Below are positions 35,301-46,438 of a stretch of DNA of 64,000 bases, one piece after another. The notes beneath the pieces are model-generated. The model was not told where the DNA came from, did not search any database, and saw nothing but the letters and a program-made list of their open reading frames with translations. This stretch comes from Azolla caroliniana (Eukaryota; Plantae; Polypodiophyta). The stretch covers positions 18,972,001 through 19,036,000 of the forward strand of contig JBHGNT010000009.1 of the NCBI GenBank assembly GCA_043228905.1. The letters run 5' to 3'. Position numbers and translations under genes: made by a program. Position 1 is the first letter of the stretch. The number at the start of each line of letters is the position of its first letter.

Positions 35301-36347
35301 AGTTTACCTCGTACACAGAGGGGTCATGATGCCATATGGGTTGTCGTTGACAGGCTAACAAAATTAGCTAGATTTATTCCTACAAAAACCACGGTAACCG
35401 CTCAACAGTTGGCTTATCAATTTGTTGATGAGTTATTTCGTTTTTATGGATTACCGATGGATATTGTTAGTGATCGAGATTCCAAGTTTACTAGTGACTT
35501 TTGGACTCAGGTCTTTAAGAAACTAGAAACTACGTTGAGCATGAGTTCCGCAGATCATCCTCAGTCTGATGGACAAACTGAACGAGTTAATCAAATTATT
35601 GAGGACATGCTTCGAGCTTATGTAGCAAAAACCCCTTCTAAGTGGGAGCAATACCTTCCTATCTTAGAATTTGCCTATAATAGCTCTAAACATACATCCA
35701 CTGGATATAGTCCTTTTATGTTGATGTATGGTTTTCAGCCACGTGCCCCAGTTGATGTCACGATTCATCGTGATACATTAGACAGTACACGCAATTTTTT
35801 GCAAGACATGAACCAAATGTTGCATATTGCCAAAGAAAATGTCAAGACAGCTCAAGATCGTGCTCGATTTTATGCTGATCAGGATAGACGTCCTCGTGCA
35901 TTTACTATTGGTCAAAAAGTTTTTTTGCGTGTCCCGACTGATTCTACGTCATTATCTACGGGCAAGTGCGCTAAGTTAGCCCCACGATATTGTGGCCCAT
36001 TTGAAATCCTTAAGCGAGTTGGGTCATCTGCTTATCACCTTGCCTTACCTCGTAACGTTGGTATTCATCCTGTTTTTCACGTCAGTCGTCTAAAACCATT
36101 TTTAGGCTCTGGTGATAACACCATCACAATCCAAGATCTTGTAACATTAGAGGATTTTTCTTACAAACCTCATGTTCCTGAACGAATTCTTGATTCTCGT
36201 ACTAAACGTTTACGTTCTAAAGAGATTCGGCTATTCAAGATCAAATGGATGGATAAACCTATTGATGATGCCACATGGGAACGCGAGCATTCGCTTAAGG
36301 CACAATTTCCTCACTTTATATTGCAAGAGTGCAATCTTTTGAAGTAG
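32391..36347 (+). CDS. gag-pol: Gag-Pol ORF, 1318 aa (knuckle, protease, RT, RNase H, integrase, chromodomain)
   Basis: CAYCKKRGHTKDTC; LFDSG; KIDLRTGYHQI; FLDD; ETDASD; SMDFI; SDRD; YCGPF; IKW..DATWE. Confidence 0.95.
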   Translation: MQPPSQTEQAQHLLTLSSKPFTSLEDYVHHARTQIQKSGLTGEKWFVACFLNGIPNGDYHWIVHDKDPTTFEEAVNIVLRYHRTSKKDHNKPEFAKTPNVKFIGKRKQSSDTLDRDSKKPNLFCAYCKKRGHTKDTCRRLERKSMNTPPQDKSTSHTGESFDIVEVHTNHLSLCECTFPSHLLGPNDLLRAVGYINGTQAHFLFDSGNSHNFLNDHFVQQMELHINASDHIYQVHMANGNVQYISGIVCQLPIQIDTYLEKLDFHVMKLQSADVILGYPWFFNKNPSLSIDWVNHSITFELNNCKHFIQCSKPPSHSLVSSKSLSEYSSSLIYSCVIDPAVQFYYFNIDATQLPHFEQRLLDSILEDFQDVFPTELPLTLPPKRNVDHQIELIPGAAPVSIPPYRLSRLEEDEIAKQLKEYLSMGHIRYSKSPWGAPVLLVKKKEGSWRMCINYRRLNKMTIKNAYPLPRADDLIDRLHGARYFTKIDLRTGYHQIRIAEDDIPKTAFRTRYGHYEFLVMPFGLTNAPTTFQQAMNDVFRDQLGDFVVVFLDDILIYSRTLQDHVQHVRFVLRKLRDNSFYAKHSKCDFFQKSIVYLGHLITENGVEIEPSRIEKVKLWPIPRNIRELRSFLGFVGFLRKSIRNYSKLTTPLTDLLKGHPRKSVKPISWNEQLDKSFETLKEHVCQAPTLLLPDPSKPFSIETDASDYAIGAVLYQGGHPIAFESKKLDAAQSRYSVQEKELFAVIHALKTWRHYLYGNKFVVTTDHQSLKYFCDQPDLVGRKGRWADLMQDFDFSIRYRKGSMNTVADALSRIKEVNMLSFTEIKSDLLDHLRGKYLDDSYFSKYWTKAESGLDADTSTLPSKATFHITNGLLYRSGKVCVPDLPNVKQKIFHECHDAPSVGHPGIQRTLVLISCTFFWPKMRSNVHKYVTQCLQCQINKSERLKAAGLLHPLDIPNNKWESISMDFIVSLPRTQRGHDAIWVVVDRLTKLARFIPTKTTVTAQQLAYQFVDELFRFYGLPMDIVSDRDSKFTSDFWTQVFKKLETTLSMSSADHPQSDGQTERVNQIIEDMLRAYVAKTPSKWEQYLPILEFAYNSSKHTSTGYSPFMLMYGFQPRAPVDVTIHRDTLDSTRNFLQDMNQMLHIAKENVKTAQDRARFYADQDRRPRAFTIGQKVFLRVPTDSTSLSTGKCAKLAPRYCGPFEILKRVGSSAYHLALPRNVGIHPVFHVSRLKPFLGSGDNTITIQDLVTLEDFSYKPHVPERILDSRTKRLRSKEIRLFKIKWMDKPIDDATWEREHSLKAQFPHFILQECNLLK

Positions 36348-36354
36348 GGGAGTA

Positions 36355-36828
36355 TGTTATGTACACATAACGTTGGTGAGGGTAGGTCACTAATATTTAC
36401 ATTAGTGAAGGGTATGTTCACTATTATTAAAAAGGGGACTAATGATTGGATAGAATGAATGATATGTGCATGCACTATCATGATTTAGACAACCAATGAA
36501 TAGAGAGCCTTTTAGAAAGGCACATCTATTCAAGGGGCCTAGGAAAAGGTATAAATATGAGGCTTAGCTACCCTCATAGGGATGATCACGTCGGAAGGCT
36601 GCTGTCGTAGACACCGGTGGTGCGGGCTAGGCTTTCGTCTCGACGATCGTGTTTATCTCTTCCAAGGTATTAGTCATCCTAATATCCGGCGGTATGGGAC
36701 GTCGGTGGTAGGTTGGCTATGTCTAGATCATAGCTCGGGGGTGGTCGGGTGGAACGGGTTCTTCTATCCAATCTATTTTCTTCCTTTTTACTTGATTTGG
36801 TCTATTGATTAGTAATAGACTCTTAACA
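36355..36828 (+). repeat. 3' LTR of the nested chromovirus
   Basis: Near-identical to 29803-30276. Confidence 0.96.
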
Positions 36829-38514
36829 GGTGGGCCCAATTTCTAACGCGTTTCGATTTCAAGATCATTTTTCGCCCCGGAAAACAACAAGGGAAAGCAG
36901 ATGCTCTGTCTCGGCGTTCGTATCTAGCACTTCGACCTGGAGATCCGGCCTTTGACAATCAAAAGCAAACTCTCCTCGGGCCATCAAAGCTACAGGTAAC
37001 AACAATTTATGCCACACCACTTGATTCTACCCTTCTTGACACTATTAGGCAACAACTTCATTCGGATGATTTTGCTAAGGATGTCTTAGCCCACTGTGGT
37101 TCAAGTCGTCCATCTTGCTCCAGATTGCCAGGGTCATCTCAACATTATCAGGACTTCAAGTGGCAAGATGGTTTACTCTTCTACAAGAATCTCCTTTACG
37201 TCCCCGACGGATCACCTCGACTTCAAGTGTTGGAACATTGTCATGATGCCCCCATGGCTGGACATTTTGGTATTTCCAAGACCATTGAGTTGGTGACACG
37301 TTCGTTTTGGTGGCCTCACTTGCAAAAATTTGTCGAAGATTATGTTCGCACTTGTGACACCTGCTGTCGCGCCAAAATACCCCGGCATCACCCTTATGGC
37401 TTACTACAACCATTACCCCCTCCCAACAAGCCATGGCAGTCTATTTCTATGGATTTCATTACGGATCTGCCACCTTCCAAAGGCTTTGATACTATTTTAA
37501 CAGTAGTGGATCGGTTCACCAAGATGGCACATTTTGTACCATGTGTAAAGACCATCAATAGTGAAGAAACTGCAGATCTCATTATGCGTGAAGTGTTTCG
37601 CCATCATGGTCTCCCGAATGATATTATTAGCGATCGAGGTCCTCAATTTATCTCACACTTTTGGAAGCACCTATGGGCAGGCCTCAAAATCCCTTGCAAA
37701 CTCTCTTCGGCTTATCATCCACAAACTGACGGACAAACAGAGCGCACAAATCAAACGCTTGAGCAATATCTTCGATGTTTCATTAGTTATCAACAAGATG
37801 ATTGAAGTAAAATTTTACATCTTGCTGAGTTTGCATACAACAACACGGTCCACTCTTCTACCAAAGTTACACCTTTCTTTGCCTACACCGGCAACCACCC
37901 TCGATGGTGTATACTGGATCTTCCCGAGGTGTCACGAAACCCTAGTGCGGCGCATCACCTCCACCGACTACAACAAATCTAGTTCGAGTTATCGTCACAT
38001 CTTCAGAAAGCGCAAGCACACCATAAGACCAATGCCGATCGACATCGTCTTAAGTCTCCGTTTAAGGTTGGTGACCGTGTATGGTTGCTTCGTCGTCACA
38101 TCAAGACTACCCGACCGTGTGCTAAGCTTGACTATCAACGCTTAGGTCCTTTTGTCATCACGACGCAGATTAATGATGCAACATTTCGTCTTAACCTTCT
38201 TGCACATATGCGGCTTCACCCTGTCTTTCATAGCTCTCTTTTGGAACCTTGCCACAGCTCTTTAATTCCTGATCGTGTCGTGCCACCACCGCCTTCTGTA
38301 CAACTTGTGGACGGCCCCAAATACGAGGTTCTAAGATTCTAAGATTGTGCGCAATAAGCTTTATTATCTAGTTGATTGGCTTGGTTATCCTCCGAGTGAT
38401 CGCACTTGGGAACCCATCGATAACGTTTGTAATGTTGAAGCTCTGGTCAATGACTTCCATCGTCACTATCCAAACAAGCCCAGCCCAACAATGTTAACGC
38501 CGAAGGAGGGATAG
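36829..38514 (+). pseudogene. pol: Pol 3' part of the Tcn1-like element (RNase H end, integrase, chromodomain) with stops and frameshifts
   Basis: KADALSR; HDAPMAGH..CDTC; SMDFITDLP; SDRGPQF; HPQTDGQTER; LGPF; YLVDWLGYPPSDRTWEP. Confidence 0.92.
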
Positions 38515-38923
38515 TGTCATGAACACATGACCATTATAGCGTCACCCGGACTTGAACCTCGAACCTTGTAATTCATACTTGAAAACCTCAACCATTAAGA
38601 TAGCTTATTGTTATATGAAACAATAAAAGCTACTTCTTGTATTACATTGATTATTGTAAAAACTCTAGATTATTCTAGAATGTTCTAGAATGTCCTAGAG
38701 CATTCTAGTTCTAGAACATTCTAGAACATTCTAGAAATCTCTAAGCTATTCTATAGGAACCTATAAATAAGCGCATACATGTATTCTCAAATCAATTCGA
38801 ATCAACACCAGTCTTTAGCTCTCATTACATATCTTGTATCCATTCTCTTTCCTTCTCTATCTTATACATCCATTCTTCTCTATCCTTCTTCCATCACTCT
38901 ATCTTTTATCCTTGGTTCTGACA
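38515..38923 (+). repeat. 3' LTR of the Tcn1-like element
   Basis: Near-identical to 26235-26643. Confidence 0.96.
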
Positions 38924-39541
38924 TCGGCCACCGTCCGAATCCGAGAAGAACATTTGTCCTTTCGACATCTTTCTTTTGGTTCGTACATGGTTCTCTTAGA
39001 CCAATAGCATTGATTGGAGGTCGAAGAATGAAGGAGGGTTTTCTCTCGCCGAGATTGCCGTCCTCAATGAATCGAATCGTTGTGCGAGGCTGCCCAAGCA
39101 TACTTGAACCATCTCGTCTTCGTCGATGATTATGTTGATGGAGCCTAGCGAGTAGCAAATGCTCTTGATCTTGGCGGTGTAATCTGACACGGACATATCT
39201 TTTTGCCGAATGTTGTTGAACTCTTATCGGAGTTGAAGCTTACGGGCAATCGTGTTGGCGGCAAACATTTTCTTTAAGTTTGCCCACGTTTGTTTAGGCG
39301 TCTTGGCATCTCGAATGTGGCTAAGCATGTCCTCGTGGCCACATGTTGCCAAACAATACATTACCTGACTCACTCCTTGCTCCCATGTTGGGTAGTTGGC
39401 GTTTGTGATGTCGGGCTTGTTTTCGAGTCTGCCGTTAATGTAGCTCCAATATCCTTGGCCGATGAGGTATTGGGTCATCTTGTAATCCCAAGATGAATAA
39501 TTGCTCCGGTCTAGATTTTCACTAGGGAGCGAGCTACCCAT
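38924..39541 (-). pseudogene. gag: Copia C gag N-terminal part
   Basis: LDRSNYSSWDYKM..YL..GYW; MSVSDYTAKIK; lies downstream of the PBS. Confidence 0.85.
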
Positions 39542-39726
39542 TTATGTGTTCATTTTGATTGTAGTGTCTTCTCTTCTTTTGCTTTTCTTACTTCGATCAT
39601 GTATACGTGCTACGTAGCGGCACTACGGTAGCAGATTGCCGGAATTTGTCGTCCACATTTCGAACACACAATTTCGAAGAGGTTGATGGGCTTAGTGGAT
39701 GTGCTAAACCACACGCTTTGATACCA

Positions 39727-40169
39727 TGTAAAGAATTAGGTGATTAATTAAGCAAGGGTTAAGTAGTACCTGATTAAATGATTAGTTGATAAGCGGAAGA
39801 TAAAGTGATATATGTGTGTACGTGTGTGAGAGGGAGAGAGAGAGAAGTACACTTATGAGCAATACAAGATGGGGGATGATTAACTCTATATTAAATTAGC
39901 ATTATCATCATCAAATACAAAAATAACCACAATGAGGTATATAAACATCTCATGTGCAAAGGCGCACATGTGTGAGTAGAATATAGGTACTAATGTGTAA
40001 GTCCTATATTAAATGTACTTAGGAGTGGAGGATCTAGAATATCCCACTTAAGTACAAGGTTCTATTTAAGGCGTTATAGTCAACACTTCTAACTAGATTC
40101 TATCTAGGTAACTACGAAGTTACATGGTTGACTAACTAACTAAACTAAGTTTAGCTTTATCTCTCAACA
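39727..40169 (-). repeat. 5' LTR of Copia C
   Basis: Adjacent to the Met PBS; repeat of 22206-22648. Confidence 0.93.
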
Positions 40170-40742
40170 AGGACACACACCTCATTCGTAGTACAACCAT
40201 GTTCCTCTTCTTGGGTGGTTGCAGTCTCCTTAATGATACAATCTTGCCTCAGGTTAAGGCTACTTGCTGTGTTCTATATACACACCTCATTCTTTGTACA
40301 ACCATGCTCCTCTTCGTGGGTCAAATACACATTCCCTACGGACTCCTCGTATAAGTCACTTGTCACCTCGTTCTTGGTCATTCCTCATGTGTGGCAGCCT
40401 CTCAGCCTGAATCATCAAGATTGCTCCATATACTACCTGAATCATCCGATGGTATTTGGGAATCTCCATGTTCTTCTAAACCTAAATAACATAGAGGGAT
40501 ATAATAACAATATTAAATCACATTCTTAAAAAGTGAAGGCACCTAGCCATATCAATTAACATACAAGGTTATGGTACAAACGTTTACCTATTGTTACATC
40601 TTTGTGTTCGTCATGTGCTCTGAGACTTGGTTTGCATTGACATCATACTCGTTATTATTGCGTGAGATGGTGCTAATATCAGGTGGAGGCTCTTTATCAT
40701 GCCAAGATTTCACAACACTTTTTGTATATTACACCAATACCA

Positions 40743-40856
40743 TTAGAATTAGAATTAGAATTTTTATTGTCCATAAAGAGGCCAAATTTGACCTATGGGA
40801 CCAGAGTATACATGTGTTCTTGATATATGTCTCCTTCCTAAGAAGGGGTATTTATA
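40743..40856 (-). mobile_element. Probable 3' tail of a non-LTR retroelement (AATAAA followed by (ATTCTA)n); second copy at about 23216-23339
   Basis: Minus strand ..TTATGGACAATAAAAATTCTAATTCTAATTCT. Confidence 0.4.
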
Positions 40857-42289
40857 TGTGTAGAGAAACGCATGGAATATCGCTCGGCCACAACCGAGGA
40901 GTAAATCACTTCTATAAGAACCAAAGACACAAATGGGAAGTGGAGAGCACACAAGAAAAATGACACAGGATGTTTACGTGGAAAACCCTAATAGGGAAAA
41001 ACCACGGGAGCCCACAGACTCCGAACTATCATTATAAAGAGAAGGCGTACAATCAGAGACTTGGAGGCAACGACCTCAAGCTCGGTTTCTTCGAAAAGTG
41101 GCGGTTACAATAGAGTATCGCTCTATATCTCTCTCTAACTCCCTCTCACTCTATCGCTTACTCTATACAACGGTTACCACAACAACCATACTAAAGTGAT
41201 TGCCCTAAGTCATATTTATACTTATATGAACTTAGGGCTTTCTACAAAATAGCCTCCATGGGGTTACTCAGAAACATATTTACAGATATGTGTTCTACAT
41301 CTGGTTATCACCGGGTCTTCTACATCCGGTTCTCAAGATCCCATCTGGAGGAACCGAAAACCCAATAGTATCCCCCTTCACTCTGGCATGGGATGTTTCC
41401 TCAGCCCGATCCGTGTCCGACATGCGTCCAACTTGTTCAGTGTCAGCACCTTGGTCAGCATGTCCGACCTGTTCTCCTCCATGTGGATCTTCGTTAGCAC
41501 GAACTCTTGATCTTCTATTCTCTCCTGGATCTAGCGATACCTCCGTTGGATATGTTTTGTCCGGGAATGGTAGGTCGCGTTCTTTGCACGGTGGATGGCA
41601 CTTTGACTGTCGCAGTAGAGCCGATATTCCTCGTATTGGATCCCTAGCTATCCGATGAAGTCCTTCATCCAGATTATCTCGTTGCCGGCTTCTACAGCTG
41701 CCATGTACTCTGCTTCCGTTGTTGACAGGGCAGCAGTCTTCTGCAGCCTCGACTGCCATGATATAACTCCCCCCGCATAAGTCATTACATATCGGGATGT
41801 ACACCGGTTGGTATCCGCATCAGCCGACATATCCGAATCCGTGAATCTGTCAAGTGTTAACTCTTAGGGCCGGACAATGGCCTAACACAGGGTGTCTACG
41901 AAAGACACTTCACCAAAGGGGTGTTACGGCAAGAAGATTAGGCTCAATGATTAATCCGAGTTAGTTAGGTTACTTAGCAAGATCGTCCTTAATAATCACA
42001 CGCATAAGATATAACAATGAATGCAGAACAACAATTAACACAGAGAGATAAAACACTAAGCTTCATTAATTATCCGCTGCTCATTACATTGTATCCGGGC
42101 CTTTAAATAGGTTTCCGGTTTGTAGTACAAAACGGTGCCATCCTCACCTGTTTGGGATCGGTCCGGATCCGGAACGGCATACCGATTCCGGTCCGTCCGT
42201 CCACACTAATAGCTTACTTACAACCATTCCTAATAATTAAATAACTCCTCTGTTTCACACTCTGGACTACTTTGTCGGCCGGTAACACA

Positions 42290-42306
42290 TGGCACGCCCG
42301 TGAGAC
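42290..42306 (+). other. Inverted tRNA-Arg PBS-like motif at the expected PPT position (TGGCACGCCCGTGAGAC)
   Basis: 2 nt from the 3' LTR; matches 8627-8643. Confidence 0.8.
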
Positions 42307-42587
42307 AGTACCTTGTACGTCGAATCCACCATCCAACCCTTGCTATTCTTCGTCCAAAATATCCAGAATGCTTTGTTCGAGAGTCTCCAATGGTTCACCT
42401 CTTCAAGTTGTGACGCTTTTACGCGCTGTGAAACGGCCATTTCCCGTTCCAACGCTTCCTGCGCTTGCCCTAACTCTCGGATTGCATCCTTATCCGGTTC
42501 TGCTTCGGTCTCTTCCGGCGGCGCTAAGTATGGTGCTACTGCTTCGGCAATGTCAATTTCGAAGAGGGGTACGATCTTCGGGTTTTC

Positions 42588-43325
42588 CTACAAGTACTGA
42601 GCTTCTTCTTCGTCAGCTAACCCTTCTAGCATGTTGACGCACTCTGCATACAACAGTGTACATTCCTTGCCAGTGCTCGTCCTTGGCTGTGTTGGTACAC
42701 GTACCTTGGCTTTTCCTTGCCGGAAGGTAATTATATTTTTCCTCCAATTCTGTTTAATATGTGTCGTTTTCAACCACGGCCGCCCTAGCAATAGCGGGTA
42801 TGCGCCTTGTGCCTGTAATTGTAGCACTACTGCCGAGATGTGAAATGTATGACCGCCAACGGTGACTTCTAATTTTCGTATTAATCCTGTCGGCCACACT
42901 GAGCTTGTATCGGCCATCCGTAACCAGAACGGACACGGATCCCACTCGTGGATTCCCAGGGCATCACACGTCCGGAGGCTTATTACATTCACCCCGGAGC
43001 CTCCGTCTATTACTGTGCCGGGGAGTTCTTTCCCTTTTACAATGGCAGTAATTACCGGACTGTTGGTGTCCACCACTGTTGGTCCCTCCTCCGGATTCGA
43101 GAAGAGTACCGGTGCCGGTGATGATTCTCCTTCCGTCATGGCTGTCTTCAGTCCTTCCGTGAATCTCAGCACGAGCTGTAGGAGTCTTCCTAGTGGTAGC
43201 GTAATCTGGCATTCTTGCAACGCCTGCCATGTCTCGTTCTCCGAGTGACTACCGCCGGCAAGCCCTACGGTGTTCTCCTTTTGCCGCTGTAAGTCTATTA
43301 CGTTTTGCTCGTTCGCTTTCTTCAC
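42588..43325 (-). pseudogene. Aspartic protease region
   Basis: VIDGGSGVN; RMAD; LLLGRPWL. Confidence 0.88.
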
Positions 43326-43343
43326 CCATTCCGTTGCTTGCTT

Positions 43344-45290
43344 CTAGATGTTCTCCTGCGTCTCCCATTCCTTGGCCATGCCCTTCGACCTTGTGGTCAC
43401 CTGCTGCAGATCTTCCACTTCAGGGACTACCATATTTACTGTCGGTCGTTTGTCATAACTCTTCGCCGGGCATTGATTACTATAATGGCCTTCCTGTCGA
43501 CAGTAGTAGCAGTAGGCTTTCCGGGTATTGCTGGATTCAGCAGTGTTTGTTGTACCCGAGGCAGGTCCTGTGGTCAACGCGGGGTTTTGGGCCGGTTGGC
43601 TGCTTGAAGCTCCTTGTTCCGAATCCCGTGGGTGGCCGCCTTTTTTGAAATGCCGTTTTTTGTTATAGTTCTTCTTATTGCGGTACTATTGACGAGGTTG
43701 GTCGTTATATCTGCCGTATTCCTCCCGTTGCTGACGATACCCGGGGGAGTGCTCTCGGTCGTAAAGTTCGTATCGTCTATTGTAATCCCGGTACCGATCA
43801 TATCTATCGTACCGGTCATAGTTATCCCGCCGATCACCATACCGGACATCATTCTCCTGTCGATCGCCATACCAGACATCTTGTGCCGGTCGGTCGCGGT
43901 CCATTCGCCGCCAATGTTCCTCTTCTTCATCCCGGCTGCTGCATGGCTCTATTTGTCGGACGGGCGGTGCTTGCCGGTTCAATAGATTATATTCGCACCT
44001 ATCCATCGTATGGCCCTTGGATTGACAGATTACACATTGCGTCCTCATAGTGCATTCCAGTGCCGAGTGTCCGAAATGCAAGCAGGTTGTGCACTGTATT
44101 GCTTGCCGAAACCGGAGGTCTTCATTGGATGGTAACGCCCGTTGGAGTGCTCCCAGTGTGAGCCAAGAGCTTGTCTTTTCCATCTCTCTCACCCGGTCAA
44201 TGACCTGATCGATGGTACTTGCACGGAAGTCAATTACCGTGCAAACCGTGCGTAGGGGTTCCCGGAGCGCATTTAGGAATATAGTCCGTAATTCCTCCTT
44301 CGGGGGTGCGCGGGCAAGCTGACTATGCATCCGTTGAAACCAGATGACAAACTGGGGAATGCTCTCCCCTGCCTCCTGTCGGATGGTATAAAACAAGCCC
44401 ACCACTACTTTCTGGTCCACCTCCTTTTGGAAAAAATGCAAGAATTTAGCTTTTAAATCTGCGAAGGTGGTGATGGTAGACGGGTCCTGCGTCCGGCGCC
44501 ATCTCGCTGTCGGTCCCTCCAATGTGACGCCAAATTCTGCTATCTTAGAGCGTTCCTCTTCCTCTGGGGTCAATCGTTGGGACACATGGTTTGCTTCCCA
44601 TGTTTGTTCAAAGTCGTGAACATGAGCTTCCGCGTCTGGATCATCTCTATACTTGGAGTACTAGAACGGCATGTCGTCATCCAGTATCGGTGCGCAGGCT
44701 GATGGTGTTGGTGGTTGTTCCTGGTTTTTCTCCGGCGTCGGTGGTCTTTCCTGATTTGTCTCCGGCGTTAGTGTTCTTTCCTGATTTGTCTACGGCGTCG
44801 GTGGTCTTTCCTCTTCTGGTGATGGAGGCCTCTCCTCCTCGACTTCCGGTGTCGGAGGTTGCTCTTCCCCTGCTTCTGGTTCCGGAGGTTCCAGCCTTAG
44901 CACTTTTGGTTCCGGTGTCGGTAAGGTGTCCGATCCTTCGTCCTCCGGTCCGCCCGGGGTTTTGTTGCTGCTACGGTAGTTGGTGTGCACATTGTATTCC
45001 CCTTCGGAATCCGATTCATACGCTGAAAAGGCTTCTGCTTCGCCTTCTCCGCTTGCCAACACCTGCAGAAGGGATTCAGTTTCCCGGAGGCTGCTTAGGC
45101 TGCTGCCGTTGTCCGGGTGCGATGTTTGTTGTAACCAGAGGGACTCCTCCGCTACTCTCCGGATTACGTTGGAAAACGAGCGATCCGCTCTAATTTCCTG
45201 CGCCGCTTGCTGGAAAGCCTCATGTCTCCTTTGCCTTTCGACAAGGCGTCAAGTTCGATCTGTAACCAGGTAGTGCGTTGATCTAGTCAT
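43344..45290 (-). pseudogene. gag: gag (acidic/Pro-rich N-term with 30-bp repeats, capsid ORF 43686-44585, three CCHC knuckles)
   Basis: IRQEAGESI; CTTCLHFGHSALEC; CVICQSKGHTMDRC; CYYCRQEGHYSNQC. Confidence 0.85.
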
Positions 45291-46030
45291 CCATTCGTGT
45301 CGTCGTTTGCTGCAAAAACAAGAATCGTGGTCGCCAAAAACTGTGTTAACTCTTAGGGCCGGACAATGGCCTAACACAGGGTGTCTACGGAAGACACTTC
45401 ACCAAAGGTGTGTTACGGCAAGAAGATTAGGCTCAACGATTAATTCGACTTAATTAGGTTACTTAGCAAGATCGTCCTTAATAATCACACGCGTAAGATA
45501 TAACAATGAATGCAGAACGACAATTAACACAGAGAGATAAAACACTAAGCTTCATTAATTATTCGCTGCTCATTACATTGTATCCGGGTCTTTAAATAGG
45601 TTTCTGGTTTGTAGTACAAAACGGTGCCATCCGCACCTGTTTGGGATCGGTCCGGATCTGGAACGACATACCGATTCCGGTTCGTCCGTCCACACTAATA
45701 GGTTACTTACAACCATTCCTAATAATTAAATAACTCCTCCGTTTCACACTCTAGACTACTTTGTCGGCCGGTAACATCAAGTTGGGGAGTACCAAAGCCA
45801 AACTTGAAGTGCCTTTCAGATACCGGAGTATCCACTTGACCGCGTTCCAATGCTCTCGACCGGGATTGCTCATGAACCGGCTCACCACTCCGACTGCATA
45901 TCCAATATCTGGTCGGGTACACACCATTGCGTACATCAAGCTCTCGACGACAAAGGCATATGGTATCTTCATCATATCCGCCTTCTCCGCCTTTGTCCTC
46001 GGGCTCTGCTTTCCGGATATCTTGCAGTTT

Positions 46031-46051
46031 GTTGGAAGTGTTGATCCGACC

Positions 46052-46116
<65 letters not shown>

Positions 46117-46175
46117 TCGGTTCAAGACCCCCGTGGTCCCGCCCCTTTTTCACGCACACGCATAACAACGCGATA
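46031..46175 (+). repeat. 3' fragment of a Trp-group LTR with a (CT)n microsatellite
   Basis: CCTCGGTTCAAGACCCCCGTGGTCCCGCC..CATAACAACGCGATA matches the LTR end at 58940-59003. Confidence 0.8.
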
Positions 46176-46438
46176 GTGGAATTATCGAAGAGATGACGAT
46201 CAATGCAAGATTGGATGAAATTTGTTCGGTTAACAAGAAGAAAGATTGTTCACTTGAGAAGTAGAAAAATATGAAGAAGATAAAGACGAATATAATTATA
46301 TTGATGATAGTGGTATTGGTGATACCACATATTGAGCACGGCTTTACACAAGCTCCACTAGGGTTTTTATAGTTCTCTTCATGCACAAAACCATGGGTTT
46401 AGAACCATGGGTTTAGAACCATGGTTTTGGGGACACAG

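Larger units (their letters stand above)
29803..36828 (+). mobile_element. Very young tRNA-iMet-primed chromovirus
   Basis: 474-bp LTRs 29803-30276 and 36355-36828 (1 difference seen); TSD GGTGG; PBS TGGTATCAGAGC 30278-30289; PPT 36341-36354. Confidence 0.97.
26235..38923 (+). mobile_element. Tcn1/Tf1-like chromovirus (self-priming) with a nested insertion
   Basis: 409-bp LTRs 26235-26643 and 38515-38923 (2 differences seen); TSD TCGGC; PPT GAAGGAGGGATAG 38502-38514; chromodomain remnant. Confidence 0.95.
22206..40169 (-). mobile_element. Copia element C, lacking RT/RNase H, hosting the Tcn1-like element
   Basis: LTRs 22206-22648 and 39727-40169; TSD AGGAC (22201-22205/40170-40174); PBS TGGTATCAAAGC 39715-39726; PPT about 23945-23960. 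Confidence 0.88.
41855..45776 (-). mobile_element. Non-autonomous Athila/Tat-like gypsy element (Dual-PBS-2), gag plus protease only
   Basis: 433-bp LTRs 41855-42287 and 45344-45776; TSD TCAAG; PBS TGGCGACCAC 45327-45336. Confidence 0.93.
40857..46030 (-). mobile_element. 3' part of a copia family B element (RT end/RNase H, PPT about 41371, LTR 40857-41367), split by Dual-PBS-2
   Basis: IPYA..SLMYAMVCTRPDI..HWNAVKWILRYLKGT; SWQSRLQ..ALSTTEAEY. Confidence 0.85.
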
